Shown here in pieces: positions 21,935 to 44,339 of a DNA stretch of 64,000 nt. Position 1 is the stretch's first letter. Each line of letters starts with the position of its first letter. The translations under genes and the position numbers were made by a program. Source of the DNA: Amoebidium appalachense (lineage: Eukaryota > Protista > Ichthyosporea); NCBI GenBank assembly GCA_963693365.1, contig CAVNZM010000013.1:62001-126000 (forward strand), in the 5' to 3' direction. The notes beneath the pieces are model-generated. The model saw only the letters and a list, made by a program, of their open reading frames with translations, was not told the DNA's origin and searched no databases.

Positions 21935-23492
21935 CCCCCCGTGATCTTCCTCGCCGTGACTTACGCAACCGACTTGACCGTACCCATGGCACGGACCTCC
22001 GAACTCGTCTCTCCCGTCAGCACACCCGATCCCGTTCCCCCCACCGGCCTGCCTTCCGGTCCACGTCTCGTTCCCCCAGTCGTTCCCGTTTCTCGGATTC
22101 CCGTCGCTCTGATTCCCCGGCTCGCTCTAACAACCCGTCCGTGAATGCATGCTCCTACTGCCACGAGCCTGATCACAAGATCATCCATTGCCCCGAGCCG
22201 AAATGCCGTATGTCCAGACACAACCGTTCCCGTCAAGGCAGTGAGAAATCTGTCTCTTTTGCTTTCTCTGCATACAATGCTAGCTCCGTCCCCGTGTCCT
22301 CCGACCCTGCCTGGGATTCCGGGTGCAACATGACTGTCTGCCCCACCCGTGAGTTCTTCCATGACCTCACTCCCCTTCCGACACCGACTCCCGTTGCTGC
22401 CTTCAATGGAACCCCCGTCTTGGCCACCCACACCGGCCATATCGTCATCAACACCACCACCGACCATGGCACTGCCACCCTTACCATTGAGGCCTACTAC
22501 ACCCCGTCTGGCCAAGCCTTCCTCATTTCAACATCCCAAGCTGCTGCCGAATACATCAAGGGTGATTTGAATGATGCCTCCACTCCGTCATTCCTCTTCG
22601 ACCGACTCACCGGCCGTCATCTCGTCAACCTCCCTCTACACAACGGTCTGTATTACTTCAAGGACTACACCATTCAACCACCCCCTCGTCCTGTGGCTCT
22701 GGCTGCCACTACCAGTGTTAACCCATCCATCTGGCACCATCGTCTGGGGCACCGTGCTATGACCAGCATCAAGGACATGGTGAAACACGACCTTGTTATT
22801 GGTCTCCCCTCGTCTGTCCTCGACTGTGATGTTCCTGATTGTCATGGCTGCATTATGGGTAAAACCACCAAGGCTCCGTTCAATGGTGACCGTCCTCACT
22901 CCACTTGGCAACATCCCCGGTCATGAATGGCATTGGGATTTTTTTGAGCCTACCACAACATCGTACGGAGGTTCCAAGGTTGCTCTCGTCACTGTCTGCC
23001 GTGCCTCTGGACTCGTCAAGATCTACCCGATGGCCGACCGTACAACCACCCTGGACATTCTCACAGCTCACACCAACCTCGTTGCTACCCATGCCCCCTC
23101 CAAATTTGGTGTCTACCACTTCGACTCCGGCTCTGAATTCACCTCCCAGGCTACCCGTGCTTTCTGCCTCTCCCAGGGCATCAAGGCCAGTTATGCTCCG
23201 GTGGACTGCCCTCAACTGAACGGCTATGTTGAACGCCGTATGCGGTTCCTCCAAGAGATTGTTCGTTGCCTCCTCCATCAAGTCCAAGATCAGTCTCTGT
23301 CCCCCAAACTGTGGGCTGAGGCCCTCCAACATGCTGCCTACATCATCAACGTCACCCCGTCCACGGCTGCCAATGGTCGTACTCCATTCGAGGTTTTCTA
23401 CGGTGTCAAGCCCAACATCTCCGAGCTCAAAGTGTTTGGTTGCCCTGCCTACACTCATGTGCCAGCCTCTAAACGGAACAAGCTGGCCCCCA
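21935..23492 (+). pseudogene. Copia polyprotein continuation: RS-rich linker, CCHC knuckle, protease, integrase; truncated before RT
   Basis: CSYCHEPDHKIIHC, AWDSGC, WHHRLGH..CHGC, HWD..FDSGSEF..PQLNGYVER, LWAEA, FGCPAY; frameshift near 22905; protease-integrase order indicates Copia; homology lost after KRNKLAP. Confidence 0.9.
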
Positions 23493-23933
23493 CCGTCTCC
23501 CGCTTACTGGTGCATTTTTGTCCAAATATGGACCTTACCACCCTTGCGACGTGTCCCAAAATCGCGTTCGGGTCTGTTGTCTTCGATAAAGGGTGGTGGT
23601 TGACGGTTGAGCAAGCGGAAAGGATGGAAGAACTGAGAGATGCCATGCAGAGACGGGGCCTAGACTAGTGCAAAGGTATCATGGAACCCTTCCTCACCCC
23701 TTTCCTCTCCCCCCTCCCCCCACCCCCCCTCCCCCTTCCGCTTCACCTTCCCCTCCCCCCCCCCCCTTCCCCCCCGCCACCTCCTTCCCCTTTCCCTTTG
23801 CCCAAAGGGCACACTCTCTTTTGCATATAGATCATGTGGTACAATAGGCACACACACAGACACACACGCACACACACTCAAAAAACGTGTGCGTACACAC
23901 ACTCAAACACAAATTCACTATTAGCGCAAACAC

Positions 23934-24029
<96 letters not shown>

Positions 24030-24032
<3 letters not shown>

Positions 24033-25830
24033 TTAGCCCTTCCGTTGTTTTATTCACACTAACCCAGGTTGTTCGTAGATTCTTTGAAGCTTGCTTACTT
24101 AGGTTATTTGCACATCACCCTAGGTTTCAATCTATTCTTCACATACACCCATGCCAATCCGCTTTTCGTAAAAACAATTCATGTTATGTTCAAATAATGG
24201 CAATGCACGATTCTATGCAAGTTGGTGCACGATATGTTGGCTTTATTGATTGGAAAACTGCTTACGATTCTGTCTCCCCTGGTCTCCTATGGGAAAAGCT
24301 TGCTGCACGGGGTGTACCACACTGCATTGGTGTTCTGTTAGAAGCACTCTTGTCTCAAACCTATGGTAGAGCTGTGGTCAATGGGCATCTTTCATATGGT
24401 TTTGCTCGTACTAGAGGTCTCTTGCAGGGTTCATTGCTTAGCCCCTTTTTGTTTAACCTATTTATAGATGATTTGGCTGTCAAGATTTACGCCGAAAACG
24501 ATGACCCTATTAATAACTTTCCGTCTGCACTTCTCTATGCTGATGATCTGTCCCTCCTTGCCCGTACCCCTAGACGCCTGCAAAGATTGTTCGATGTAGT
24601 GTCAGAGTGGTGCAAGGCAAAACTTATGATCCTTAACATAGACAAATGTGGTGTTCTTGTACCTGATATAGCTAACAATTTACACACATTTACATTATCA
24701 TCTAAACCTGTACCTATAGTTCCAGAATACAAATATCTTGGTGTTCCATTTGATTCTGTTGGTGTTCAGTATGTTTCCCCATATGGTCGAAAAGAGGGTA
24801 GAGTTGGCTCGTAAGCGGTTAGCTTTCTTCTCGGCTAATATTTTTAAAGACACACCCCTCCATCCTTCTATTAGACTTACATTTATTCGCACTTTTGTCT
24901 TCCCGGCATGTGAATATGGTTTACCCCTTCTCGCCGCTTGGATCAAGAAAGAGAGAACTAGAGCGCTTAAACCCTTGGCAAATTTCCTTGAAGCAGAAGT
25001 TGCCTCCTTTCTATCTAACAACTGTTGTAAACCTGGGCCTGTAACGCTCTCGATATATGGTCTGGTCCCAATAGCTGCTAGAGTATCCTATCTCGCGCTG
25101 AAATTCAATAAGCACATAAGCCGCTTAAAGAAGTATTTGCCCTCCCACCCTCTCTTCTCTATCCGACCTGTCCCCTCCTCACCTCTCCCCTCTTTCCTTC
25201 CCTCTCTCTCCCCTTCTCCCCTGGGCACAAATACAAATAAACCCCGCAATAGTGTGTGTGTGACTTTGGACTGCCACTTACTTATTAAACATGTACACAA
25301 TCACAAGATAATCACGCAATATAACAAATGGAAAAAGATACCACACGACACTAGACCCGATGAAAGCATACACCTTGAAAAACTAAGCCTTATGTCTCGT
25401 TTTATATATACTGACCGCCTCAACCATATTGCCAAATATGGCACTCGCAAATGTATAACACCTAAATACATACTATGATTACCTTCCTGTAGAACTGGTC
25501 TTTCTCTAGCTGATGGTATTATTGATCAATTACCACGCTTTTACTGTACACGTGCTATACAGTGGAGATCTAATAAGTATAAGGTGGCATCATTTGCATG
25601 CTCAAACAACACACACACACACCAGTTTAACCGGTCATGTATTGCCAAATGTAGTTTGATAGACCACATAATACCGCAACACACACACGTCACATTCACA
25701 ACAGACACCCAGAAAGATAGCCTACCTGTAAATTACAACATCTTGATTTTATACTAAACACGCGTAACTACGACCTGTTTATTAGATGTATTGATTGGCT
25801 TGAGAAACACATCACTACAAAATTCTAGCG
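24030..25830 (+). pseudogene. Non-LTR retrotransposon remnant C (RT domain and C-terminus)
   Basis: LTQVVRRFFE, QSAFR, FIDWKTAYDSV, GLLQGSLLSPFLFNLFIDDL, LYADD, YKYLG; frameshift near 24775 then FPACEYGLPLLA; QWRSN..C..FNRSC at ~25560-25650. Confidence 0.9.
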
Positions 25831-25862
25831 CACGCGCACACACACACACAAACACACACACA

Positions 25863-25905
<43 letters not shown>

Positions 25906-27403
25906 CCAGCTGATACCGAGTGTCCCAGGGGAGCCCCTTTAAAAAATAAAATAAAATAAAATATAAAATATAAAATATAAAAAAAATAATAATAATAATA
26001 AAAAATAAAAAAAACGGGGAACCCCAACTAATTGATTTCTCCTTGTAGTCTTTATGGTGTCTCGTAGAGAAAGTAAACCCTGATATATAGTCATCACCCG
26101 ACATCTATGTACGTGATCATGGTATACCGCTGAGGGGATATTCCGAGCAAAACCCCCCCCATACCTGAGACTGGTTTCTCTTTGCCTCGAGTAAACAGCG
26201 TAAACCCCTTATTCATCTCTCTACATGTATGTGATAACAACTGCATGCAATTACACAACACACTTTTTCGCACTCAAGCATGTGACCAGCTTTTTTTCCA
26301 TTAATAGCATATGCTGCAGGCACATTTGCTATATTTAGAAATCACATATGTAATAAGAAACAGAGTAGGCGAGACACAATACATGTGCACATGTGCTTAT
26401 CCACATAAAAGGACACCACTCAGTCACTCCCTTCACGTCCCCCCTCCCCCCCACCCCCCCCCCCCCCCTTCCCTTCTCTCTCCCCCCCCCCCCCCCCCCA
26501 TCCCCCCCTCCCCCTCCTCCTTCCTCCCTCCCTCCCCCCCCCCCCCCCTCCCCTCCCCCAATCCACCTCCTCCTTCGGGTTGCACGAACTAAATTGCTTA
26601 CTGCCAAATACACCCACATACACATATTCCCTCCCTCACATGCATACACAGCCACACACACGCTGTACATGTCTCTCTGCCTCTGTATATGGCTGTAAAA
26701 GCCACGATTGGGAGGAGATTGGGTAGATGATGGGGTTGGGGTGGGTAGGTGGGGGGGTGGGGGGTGAGGGGGGGGGGGGGGGGGGAGGGGGGGGGGTGGA
26801 GGGGGGGGGGGGGGGGGGGGGGGGGGGACGAGTACCACCGAGTACCAGGGGACTGTTGGGATGGGTTGTAGTATTGTTGATACATACGAAGGTATGTTGC
26901 GTGGTGGCCAGGAGCGGGGGTGCGGATGAAAAGAAGGAATATTATGTGTCTGTGACACATTTGTATTTGTCAATGAGGTTATGTGGGTGATAAATTGAGA
27001 TACTAAGGAGAGTGAATGCGGCAGCGCTGGGTGGGGAATTTGGGCTTCGGCACTATTATTAAACATACACGGAGCCATCTGGTGCTGTGCCCCCCCCCTC
27101 CCCCCCCCCCCTCCCCCCACCCCCACCCCCACCCCCACCCACCCATTCACCCACAGCCACCCCCCTTCCCCCCCCCCACCACCCCTCCTTCTCTGCCTCC
27201 CCCTCCCCATCGTTTTGATCAGGCCAGGTACAGTCACACACTACCGTATAGCCATTATAATGATGTCGTGGTTACATGCACCACTCAACGGGAAAGGCTT
27301 CAACTTTCAATTTTTTAAATTATATCCGAAAAATTTAAGGCTACAAAAAGAGGGCGGCATCAATGCCAAATGATGGGAACGGTGGTGGTGGTACAGCGGT
27401 GTT

Positions 27404-27479
<76 letters not shown>

Positions 27480-27803
27480 TTTGGGGGGGGGGGGGGGAGG
27501 AGGCAGAGGCTTCAATATAGGTGTTGGAGGTGAGAAGTAGGAATTGGCCAAGCTGCGCGCCGCTGGGTGTTACAAGTACCACTTTTGTGTGAGGGCAGGA
27601 AAACCGTGCCCATGCATAGGACCATGGCCGAACAAATGTCATCATTAGCTGCCTCAAAAACAGACTCAGTCTGCGAAAAACTTGCGCGCCATCGATCCGT
27701 ACCAGAGTTCGTGTGTGCATGTGTGTGCGGTTTGTGAACGTAAAAAGCAAAACCGAACTAGAGGAAGCCCGGGATCCTCGTGGGGAGGTTGATCACACAC
27801 GTG

Positions 27804-27875
<72 letters not shown>

Positions 27876-28130
27876 GAGGAGCTGGGGAGAGGGAGGGGGG
27901 GGGGGGGGGGGGCACCACCTCATGATGAGATGCGAAAATTTAAATTTCAAATGGTGTTGGCAAACAAGGCTGTGTTGCGACAAATATGAGCATTGTTTCA
28001 CACCTCAAAGTTCTAATAGAAAAAAGCTTCTCGTCCTTTCCGGATGTTTCTTGTTCCTGCCTTGTGACACTGTATGTGTAGTGCGTGCGTATGTGTGTGG
28101 AGGGGACGGAGCGGGGCGGGGCGGGGGGAA

Positions 28131-28161
<31 letters not shown>

Positions 28162-28667
28162 GCATCGGAAGAGATACAGGAGGTTTTTATTAATAGCTTT
28201 CGGGTAAAAAGGGAGTGACTGGGTACACCCGGCCCAATTAGGAAGATGCATTCAGGCGGAATCCAGAGCCTTGTGTGGCATCCGAATATATATAAAGCCA
28301 GTCGTATCTAGCTACTAAAGAACAACACCCAATAAGCCATCTTCAAGATCAACTACAACATAAAATTCATCGTGCTATTATATTAGTACAATAAAAACGA
28401 ACTTATCAATTATAACTAAGATCAATGATACACAAAAAAGATTGATTCTGAAAAACATATAATCCTTTGTATGACATGGCAGGCAAACTAATATTAGAAA
28501 TCTGTTCGGATTACGCCCTCACAACATGCGTCCATTACAGCCAAATTACAAATGAATGTCGCCATGTCTGCATGAGATATAATACGCGCGTCGGCCTAAA
28601 ACAGTAGCGAAAACGGGGGGATACATAGAATAAAAGAGACATCGGGTCGAGCCGGGTCGGGTAGGGC

Positions 28668-36446
<7,779 letters not shown>

Positions 36447-37080
36447 TATAGATCCACTTTTGCTCAGCTTCTACTATATGAAAGACTCGGTTTTTAGCAA
36501 AGATTAGGCACTCAATATGAAACGTTCGTGTTTTCTTCACCACAAAAGTGGCACATAATTTCTGAAAAATAGATTTGAAAGAAAGCACCATGTCAAGTAA
36601 AAGCGGAACGTATAAAAAGCCTTATTTGGCTAATCTGGTGCTCCATCCACCAATGACATCGGCTTTTGAGGAACACGAAATTCCACTTACATTCCTGGTT
36701 TCCTCGTTCTTGTCCTCTCCTCCCGGACCCTTCCTAAACTAGTTACCTCTTAGTCCCTCAATTCCTCAGGGGTATGTGTGCAGAATGCAGTTACAGCTAA
36801 GCTTCTTAAGTTTTTTTAAATTCTAATAACCTTTTTTTAAGCTCAAGTGCCGTCAAATTAGCATATGTACATTGTACGGCCCACCTCGTTTGCCTCCTCT
36901 TTCCCTCGAATGTTCAATCTCACTACTTTCGAAACTGTCACATGGCGCCAACTTTCATCGTATCAGTCCGTGGTGACACGTGTGACTGTCAAAAAAGAAA
37001 ATTTGCCGTTCGTTTCTCTGAGTTCTTTGTCTTCTTGCAATTGATTTCCGGCCGGGTTTCCATACAGTTTCAGTGTTTTA
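36447..37080. promoter_or_regulatory. Probable bidirectional promoter between SDR and MYG1
   Basis: 634-bp repeat-free interval between head-to-head start codons. Confidence 0.55.
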
Positions 37081-37343
37081 ATGGAGGGGCCACTTGCCAA
37101 GAAAGCAAAGAAGATGCCGGTACGTTTCTATACTGTTTTTTTTTTGGCACACATTGTCTTGCAGCTGTCCGGTGCAAACACCCTGAGCCCTGGCATGGTG
37201 GTTATGCTTTACCTTTACCTGAGTTTTTACAAATTTACGCGTCAGCGTTACCTTTTCTTTTTCTTTTTTTTTGTATAAGGTTTAAAAGAAAGTTCATGTG
37301 CGCAGACTCACTTACAATCCCCCCCCCCCCCCCCTCCCCCCCC

Positions 37344-37377
<34 letters not shown>

Positions 37378-37632
37378 GACCTCTCCCCTGCCTTTTGTCC
37401 CTTTCTCCCCCTTTTCCGCCCTTCAACCCTGTCTCGCTCCTCCTGCTACCTCCCCCTCCTCCGCCCCCACCCTCCATCCCTGCGCGCCCGCCCCATTCTT
37501 TCCCCCTATTTTCCGCTCTCCCCGCCGCTTTTTCGTTCTTGCTCTCTCCTCCCCCCGCCTGCCTTTCTCCCCCACTCTCCCCAACGTCCCTCTCTCTCCC
37601 CTTCGCTCACTCGCTCATTCAAGCTTTCCCAG

Positions 37633-37665
<33 letters not shown>

Positions 37666-38211
37666 ACCCTCCCCCTGTTCATTTTATTCATTCTTCTACA
37701 ATTCACCACTCAGTTCGTCCTAGTGCCTCTGCTCTTCTCCCGTCCGCTTACCTGTTCCCTCCCACTCCTCTTTGCCACCGACCTTACTTCGTTGATTATG
37801 CTGTGTTGCTCGCTGGGTTTCTCAGTTTTAGCTCTTCTTGGATTAGATGCTCGTTGCCATCTCTTTAGCACGTGGCAGCGAAGTTTCACAAAAGACAGTC
37901 AACTTACAGTAACTAACATTCCTCCTCTTCCCCCCCCCCCCTCCCCCCCCTCCCTCCCTCCCCCTGTATCTCCCACCTCTCTCTCCCCCCCCGCCCCCCC
38001 CTTCCCCTAACCCCACAACGCCGCCTCGTGTCGTGATGATTCCGGAACGGTGCAGACCATCGGGACCCACTCGGGCACGTAAGTTGTCCCTCGGCAAGAA
38101 TCGTCTTGGCTGGGTTTATTTGAACCATACCCTACAGTGACAAAAAAACACGCATTCACGAATGCAAGTTTGGGACGCCCGCCCGCACACACACACACAC
38201 GCACACGCGCG

Positions 38212-38255
<44 letters not shown>

Positions 38256-39432
38256 CACACACATACACACGTGTACCCAAATACACAGACAATTCTCTAC
38301 ATTGTGTCTTATTTCTTTGCCTCCTTGGTCTTCACTTGATTCCTCCCCCCCCTCCCCCCCCCCCCCCCCTCTCTCCCCCCCACAAAAAGACGACCCTCTC
38401 CTCCCCCCATACCCCGCTGACCTCTTATGTATCTGCGAAAAATCAGGTCTCTCCTGTTCAGGCATTCCCGCCCGATGAGCATTCAAAATGCCGTATGTAT
38501 CATGGAAATGTTATTCGTCTTTCCCATCTTTTCCTCCTGTATAAACCCATAATCCCTTTTGAGGCGCTCACAGTTTTACCCTACCCCTTTCGTTTTTCTC
38601 TTTCTCTCTCTTTCTTTCTTTCTTTCTTTTCTTTCTTTTTTTTCTCAGGTTCCATGCCGATGAGGCTATGGCGTGTTTTCTTCTCCACCAGACACAGGAG
38701 TTTGCAGATGCCCGTGAGTGCCCCCCTCCCCCCCCAATACTCTGTACTCTGCGTTATGTTGCTCGTTATGAATGCATGCTTCACCCTCTAGAACACCTTA
38801 TAAACACCCACACCACCTCTTCTCCCCCCTCCCCCTTTTCAACCCTCCCCTCAGCCCGCACCCCCCTCCATCCTCCCCCTGCCCCTCCACTCCCACCCCC
38901 TAACTTCAACCCTCCCCATAACCCCCCCCCCCCCCCCATTCTCTCCCTGATTTTAAACCCCCTCCCCCCCCTCCCCCACGTCATATATGAAAATACTGAA
39001 TGGCCAGAATGCGAGCAGGGCTAGACCTCTACTGATTGGTTCAGTATCAGGCAGCCAGTGTTCGCTTTCTTACCATTCAGTCCTTTCTTAAAAACAAAGT
39101 ATTCCACATAATTCCACCCTCCCCTTCCCTCCCTTCCCTTACAAACCCCTTCCCCCTTCCCCCTCCCCCCTTCCCTTACCCTCTCCCCATCCCCCCCCTC
39201 CCCCCCCCCCCCCCCCCGGGGGGTGGAATTTTGGGCGGCTACGACTCGTGACTTCTTTGTTTCTCCAAAGGTTTTTGCTTGTCCCCCCCCCCCCCCCCAA
39301 AAAAAAAAAAAAAAAAAAAAAAAGACATACACATGCCGTCCTCCCCACCCCAACCCCCATTCCCACCCCCACCCCCACCCTCAGCCCCCACCACTCTTTC
39401 CTTGCCCCTTCCCCACCTAAAATCCCTCTCGA

Positions 39433-39467
<35 letters not shown>

Positions 39468-40278
39468 TCACCCTTGTTTTCCTTCAAACCCCCGAACCCT
39501 CCCACCCTTCCGTCTCCCTCCACTTTCCTGCTTCCCCCCCTCACCCATTCCCTGTCACCTCATTTTCCTGTCATTCCTTTTCCATGTTCAGTGGAATATG
39601 CACCCGCTCCTCACCTTCCCTCTATTCCACCACCTCCCCATCCTCCCCCCCCCCCCCCCCCAGTGTATGCGTACTTCGTACCGTGTTCCGCATTCAACCC
39701 CCCCCCCCCCCACACCCCACCCCCTCCCCCCCAACCCATCGTCTTCCCCCCCCTGCCTCCTCCTCTCTCTCCCTCTCCCCCCACCCCCCTCTCCTCTCCC
39801 CCCTCCCCACCTGCCCCTCTCTCCCCCTGCAGCGGTGGTCAGGTCCCGTGATCCTGCCGTCCTTGATACGTGTGACATTCTTGTTGATGTCGGTGCTGTC
39901 TATGACCCAACAAGGTGAACCAATATTATGAGCAGAATACCCCCCCCCCCCCCCCCCCCCCCCCCCCGACCCGTCCTCCCCTTCCGGCGCTATCTGCCTT
40001 TCATGCATGCTGTTTGTGTGTGCTTAAGACAATCTGTATGCTGTTGTCTGTCATGAATGTGTGCTTCGCAGTCTGTTACGCATTCTAACCCCTTTCCCCC
40101 CCCCACCCCCCCTGCCGCCCTTCCCCTTCCCCACCCCCTCCCCAGGGGCCCTTCCTGGGAATGGGCTGCCCTACTTATGTTGCATACTCCTCTCTGTGTG
40201 TGCTTTTTTCTGCAAAGATCTGCAATATGTTGTTAGTCGTGAACGTGCAGTGCACTTCGTACTCTGCCAAAAGTATCC

Positions 40279-40314
<36 letters not shown>

Positions 40315-41135
40315 ATCCAAACGTACCCTCCTCTTTAACCCAGATAGATACCCTCACCTATTTATCCCACATGCCCTTGCCTATACCCCACACACCCTCA
40401 CCTATTCCTATATTCCAGATACATACCCTCACCTATTCCTATATTCCAGATACATACCCTCACCTATTCCTATATTCCAGATACATACCCTCACCTACTC
40501 CTATATTCCATATACATACCCTCACCTACTCCTATATTCCAGATACATACCCTCACCTACTCCTATATTCCAGATACATACCCTCACCTATTCCTATATT
40601 CCAGATACATACCCTCACCTACTCCTATACCCTAGATACATGCCCTCACATATTCCTATACCCCACATACCTTCACCTATTTCTATACGCCAGACACCAC
40701 TATCTTGTCGAAACCACATACATTGCACTCTCAAACTTCCAGTATTCTTCAGCTCTAGCGTTTTCTGCTTCTCATCCTGCCTCATATAACAGAGCAACGT
40801 TAGTCACTAACTCACCTTTTTTTTTTGGTTCACGCAGGCACCGCTATGACCATCATCAGGTACCCCCCCCCCCCCCCCCCCCCTCCCCCGTCCACCCCCT
40901 TCTCCGTGTGTCGAAGGGGCAAAACTGGGCTTCCTTCCCTTGTACTGCATTTCCACCTAGAAAATTTGTGTTGGAAAGGGGGGGGGGGGGGGGGGGGGAT
41001 TTTCGGCGCTGGGTGCGAGTTGTGCTGGGAGTATCCGGGAACGGTGGTGGAGGAAGGGTTGGTGGTGGTGGTGGTGGTGGTTGGGGGGGGGGGGGGGGGG
41101 GGGAGGGTTGAATGTGATGGGAAAAGTCCTTTTTT

Positions 41136-41174
<39 letters not shown>

Positions 41175-41342
41175 AGCAGCTATAATAGTGGTTGTGGGTC
41201 ATCCATCCCTCACACGTGTCTGTTTGTGTGCAGCGTGGGTTCACAGAGGTGTTCTCCCCAAACCACAAGATTAAGCTCAGTAGCGCAGGTCTCATCTACA
41301 AGTATGTTTTACCCCCTCCGCCCCTTCTCCCCTTCTTCCGTT

Positions 41343-41412
<70 letters not shown>

Positions 41413-41902
41413 CCCCCTCTCCCCCTCTCCCTCCCTCCCTCTCTCTCCCCCCCCTCCCTCCCTCCCTCCCTCCCTCCCTCCCTCCCTCCCTCCCTCCCCG
41501 CCCTCCCTCCCTCCCTCCCTCCCTCCCTCCCTCTCTCCCCTTCTCTCCCTCTTTCCCTCTCGTTGAATCCATGGACACAAATTCATGTGAATCGCTGAAT
41601 CCATTATGCAAAGTTACACAATCGCTGAATTCATATCTGCAAACTCATATATCTCGTTGAAGCAATGCACGGAAATTCATATATCTAGCTGCATCCATAT
41701 GTGCAAATCCCTATATCTCGATGATTGTCATTTTTACTATTTCTGTTTCAGGGACGTCTGCGAATGCAGCTTGGTATATCTCGCTTGATATCTGACGTTC
41801 TAACACCCCCAGGCACTTTGGCCGGGAGATAGTGAAGAAGCTTGCCGTTGGGGAGCTTTCTGAGGCCGATCTGGAGCTGATCTACCAGCGCATCTATGAC
41901 GT

Positions 41903-41955
<53 letters not shown>

Positions 41956-42315
41956 CGCGCGCGTGTGTGCGTGTGCGTGCGTGCGCGCTATCTTTTGGTG
42001 GGGTTGGGGCTGTCTTTTTTAACACGTGTCGGTTGCTTGATAATACCGTATTTTGGTTTGCGCACATTCACAGGTTTAAAACCAGTAAGTGATTATTTCT
42101 TGTTCTTTCTCCATGCATTCCATCCCTGACGTAAACACACATGTACATGCAAACACACCCACATACACACCCATCCGTCCACCCACACATCCACACGTAA
42201 GCCCACACGCATGCATACACGTAGGCATACAGGTACACCCACACCCATCTACCCACACACACACATACACATAAACCCACACCCACCCACACACCCACTC
42301 ATACCCACCCATACA

Positions 42316-42348
<33 letters not shown>

Positions 42349-42583
42349 ACCCACCCACCCACCCCCTCCCCCACGCACCCACGCCACCCACACACGCACG
42401 TACACGTACACACACACACACAGGAGCTGATTGAGGGACTAGACGGTGTCGACAATGGTGTATCCCAGTACCCCACAGACATTACTCCCGCTTACAAGGA
42501 CAGCACCAACTACAGTGCACGGGTGGGCCGTCTTAACCCCGCATGGAACGAGGAGAACGTGGATATGGATGTACGTGCACATT

Positions 42584-42628
<45 letters not shown>

Positions 42629-42746
42629 TCAGCACCTCGACCACGAAACACCTCTTCCTTCCTCCCCACCCTCTTTCTCTCCCTTTCTCTCTTCCTTCCT
42701 CCCCCCCGCACCCACCCCCTCCATTGTAAACCCCCTCCCCCCCTCC

Positions 42747-42777
<31 letters not shown>

Positions 42778-43368
42778 AAAAAAAAAAAAAAAAGCCTACT
42801 GCAAGGAAATGTATGAACACCCCCCGATTTTGCATACTTTAATGTTTGCCTTTGTATGTGTTCTGCACCATGCTTCTCATCGTGTATCTGTACTTCGTAG
42901 CGTATTCTGCATTCAACCCCCCTCCTTCCCCCCCCCCTTCCCCCCTCCCCGTCTTCTCCCTTTGCCCATGTATATATCAATGTACGTATACAACTAACCC
43001 CCCCCCCTCCCCCCCTGTTTGCAATACAGGGGCAGTTCCGCAAGGCCATGGCGCTTGCCGGGGAGGAGTTTACGTCACGGGTCAAGTTCCTGACTGGCGC
43101 ATGGCTGCCGGCTAGATCTATTGTGGCTGCATGCCTCAATGGAAGATTCGAGGTGATGTGCCCAGAACTCACTTTTTTTTTTTTTTTTTTTTTTTTTGGC
43201 CCGCTTAGGAAGCTCTGTAAGAATAACACACGCTAACGTATGCTTTTGTCATGTTCGTTCTGTTTGCGTATCCATACACCAATGCTTTCATGCTCCCCTT
43301 GAATGCTTGTTACATGCACCCATGCACATGCACGCACACCCACACCCACACAAGCACATATACGCGCG

Positions 43369-43417
<49 letters not shown>

Positions 43418-44182
43418 GCACGCACACGCACGCACGCACACACACGCACACACACACACAGCCACTCCCCCTCACCATCCCTCATCTCATGCTCTCTCTG
43501 TGACTGTCAGGCGTGTCTCCGACGTTGCTTTCTTCCTTCTTTTCTTTTCTTTTGCCTCCTCTTTTTCCTTTTCTTCTTTCTATTTCCTTTTTTCTTTCTT
43601 CTTCGATTTCTTGCCCCTTCATTTTTCTTGTTTCCTTTTCCTTTTTTTTTTTTTTAATCCTTTTTATTTATATTTTATTTTAACTTTTATTGTTATCATG
43701 AACAGGTGGATCCCTCTGGCCGCATTGCCATCTTGGACTCCGGCTGCCCGTGGAAGGTATATACTCGTTTTTATATATCCAAGGCGAGACTTAATGTGCT
43801 TCCACCGTATTTCTGAACCGATCGGCGCAAGGCAGGTCTTTGGGATGCGATCGGGTGGCGACTTGATTCTTAACAGCCAATTTCTGAGCGAAGCAATCGA
43901 TTCCTATATATAATTCCTTTGGCCAACCAATCACATGACTGCAAATTTTCCGTTTATGTCAGAAAGACGGTGGAAGCACTGTAGGCTATTTATGTGGCTG
44001 CAAATTACAGAGCACGATTTGGGGTGCATCGTGTGATCGTACTTTTATGGCCAACACCTGCTATTGGGGCTTGTCTGCTGGATCTGTTTGCCGGGAATGG
44101 GTGTTTCGTCCCTGACAGTGGTGACACCTTAAGCTCAATTGGAGTAGTTTTTTTATTTTTTTTTATTTTTTTTTATTTTTTT

Positions 44183-44228
<46 letters not shown>

Positions 44229-44306
44229 GCTCAGGTTTAGTGGTTGTTGGGATGTGTGTATAAGTGTGGCTATTTAGAGCTTGGGGCAGGTGTGAGGGTG
44301 TTTTTT

Positions 44307-44339
<33 letters not shown>

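Noticed and set aside
24040-24068. CTAAC-CCAG acceptor-like motif suggesting an intron in the LINE RT
   Set aside because: It encodes L-T-Q, which fits the conserved RT motif; a decayed ORF with microsatellite expansion is simpler.
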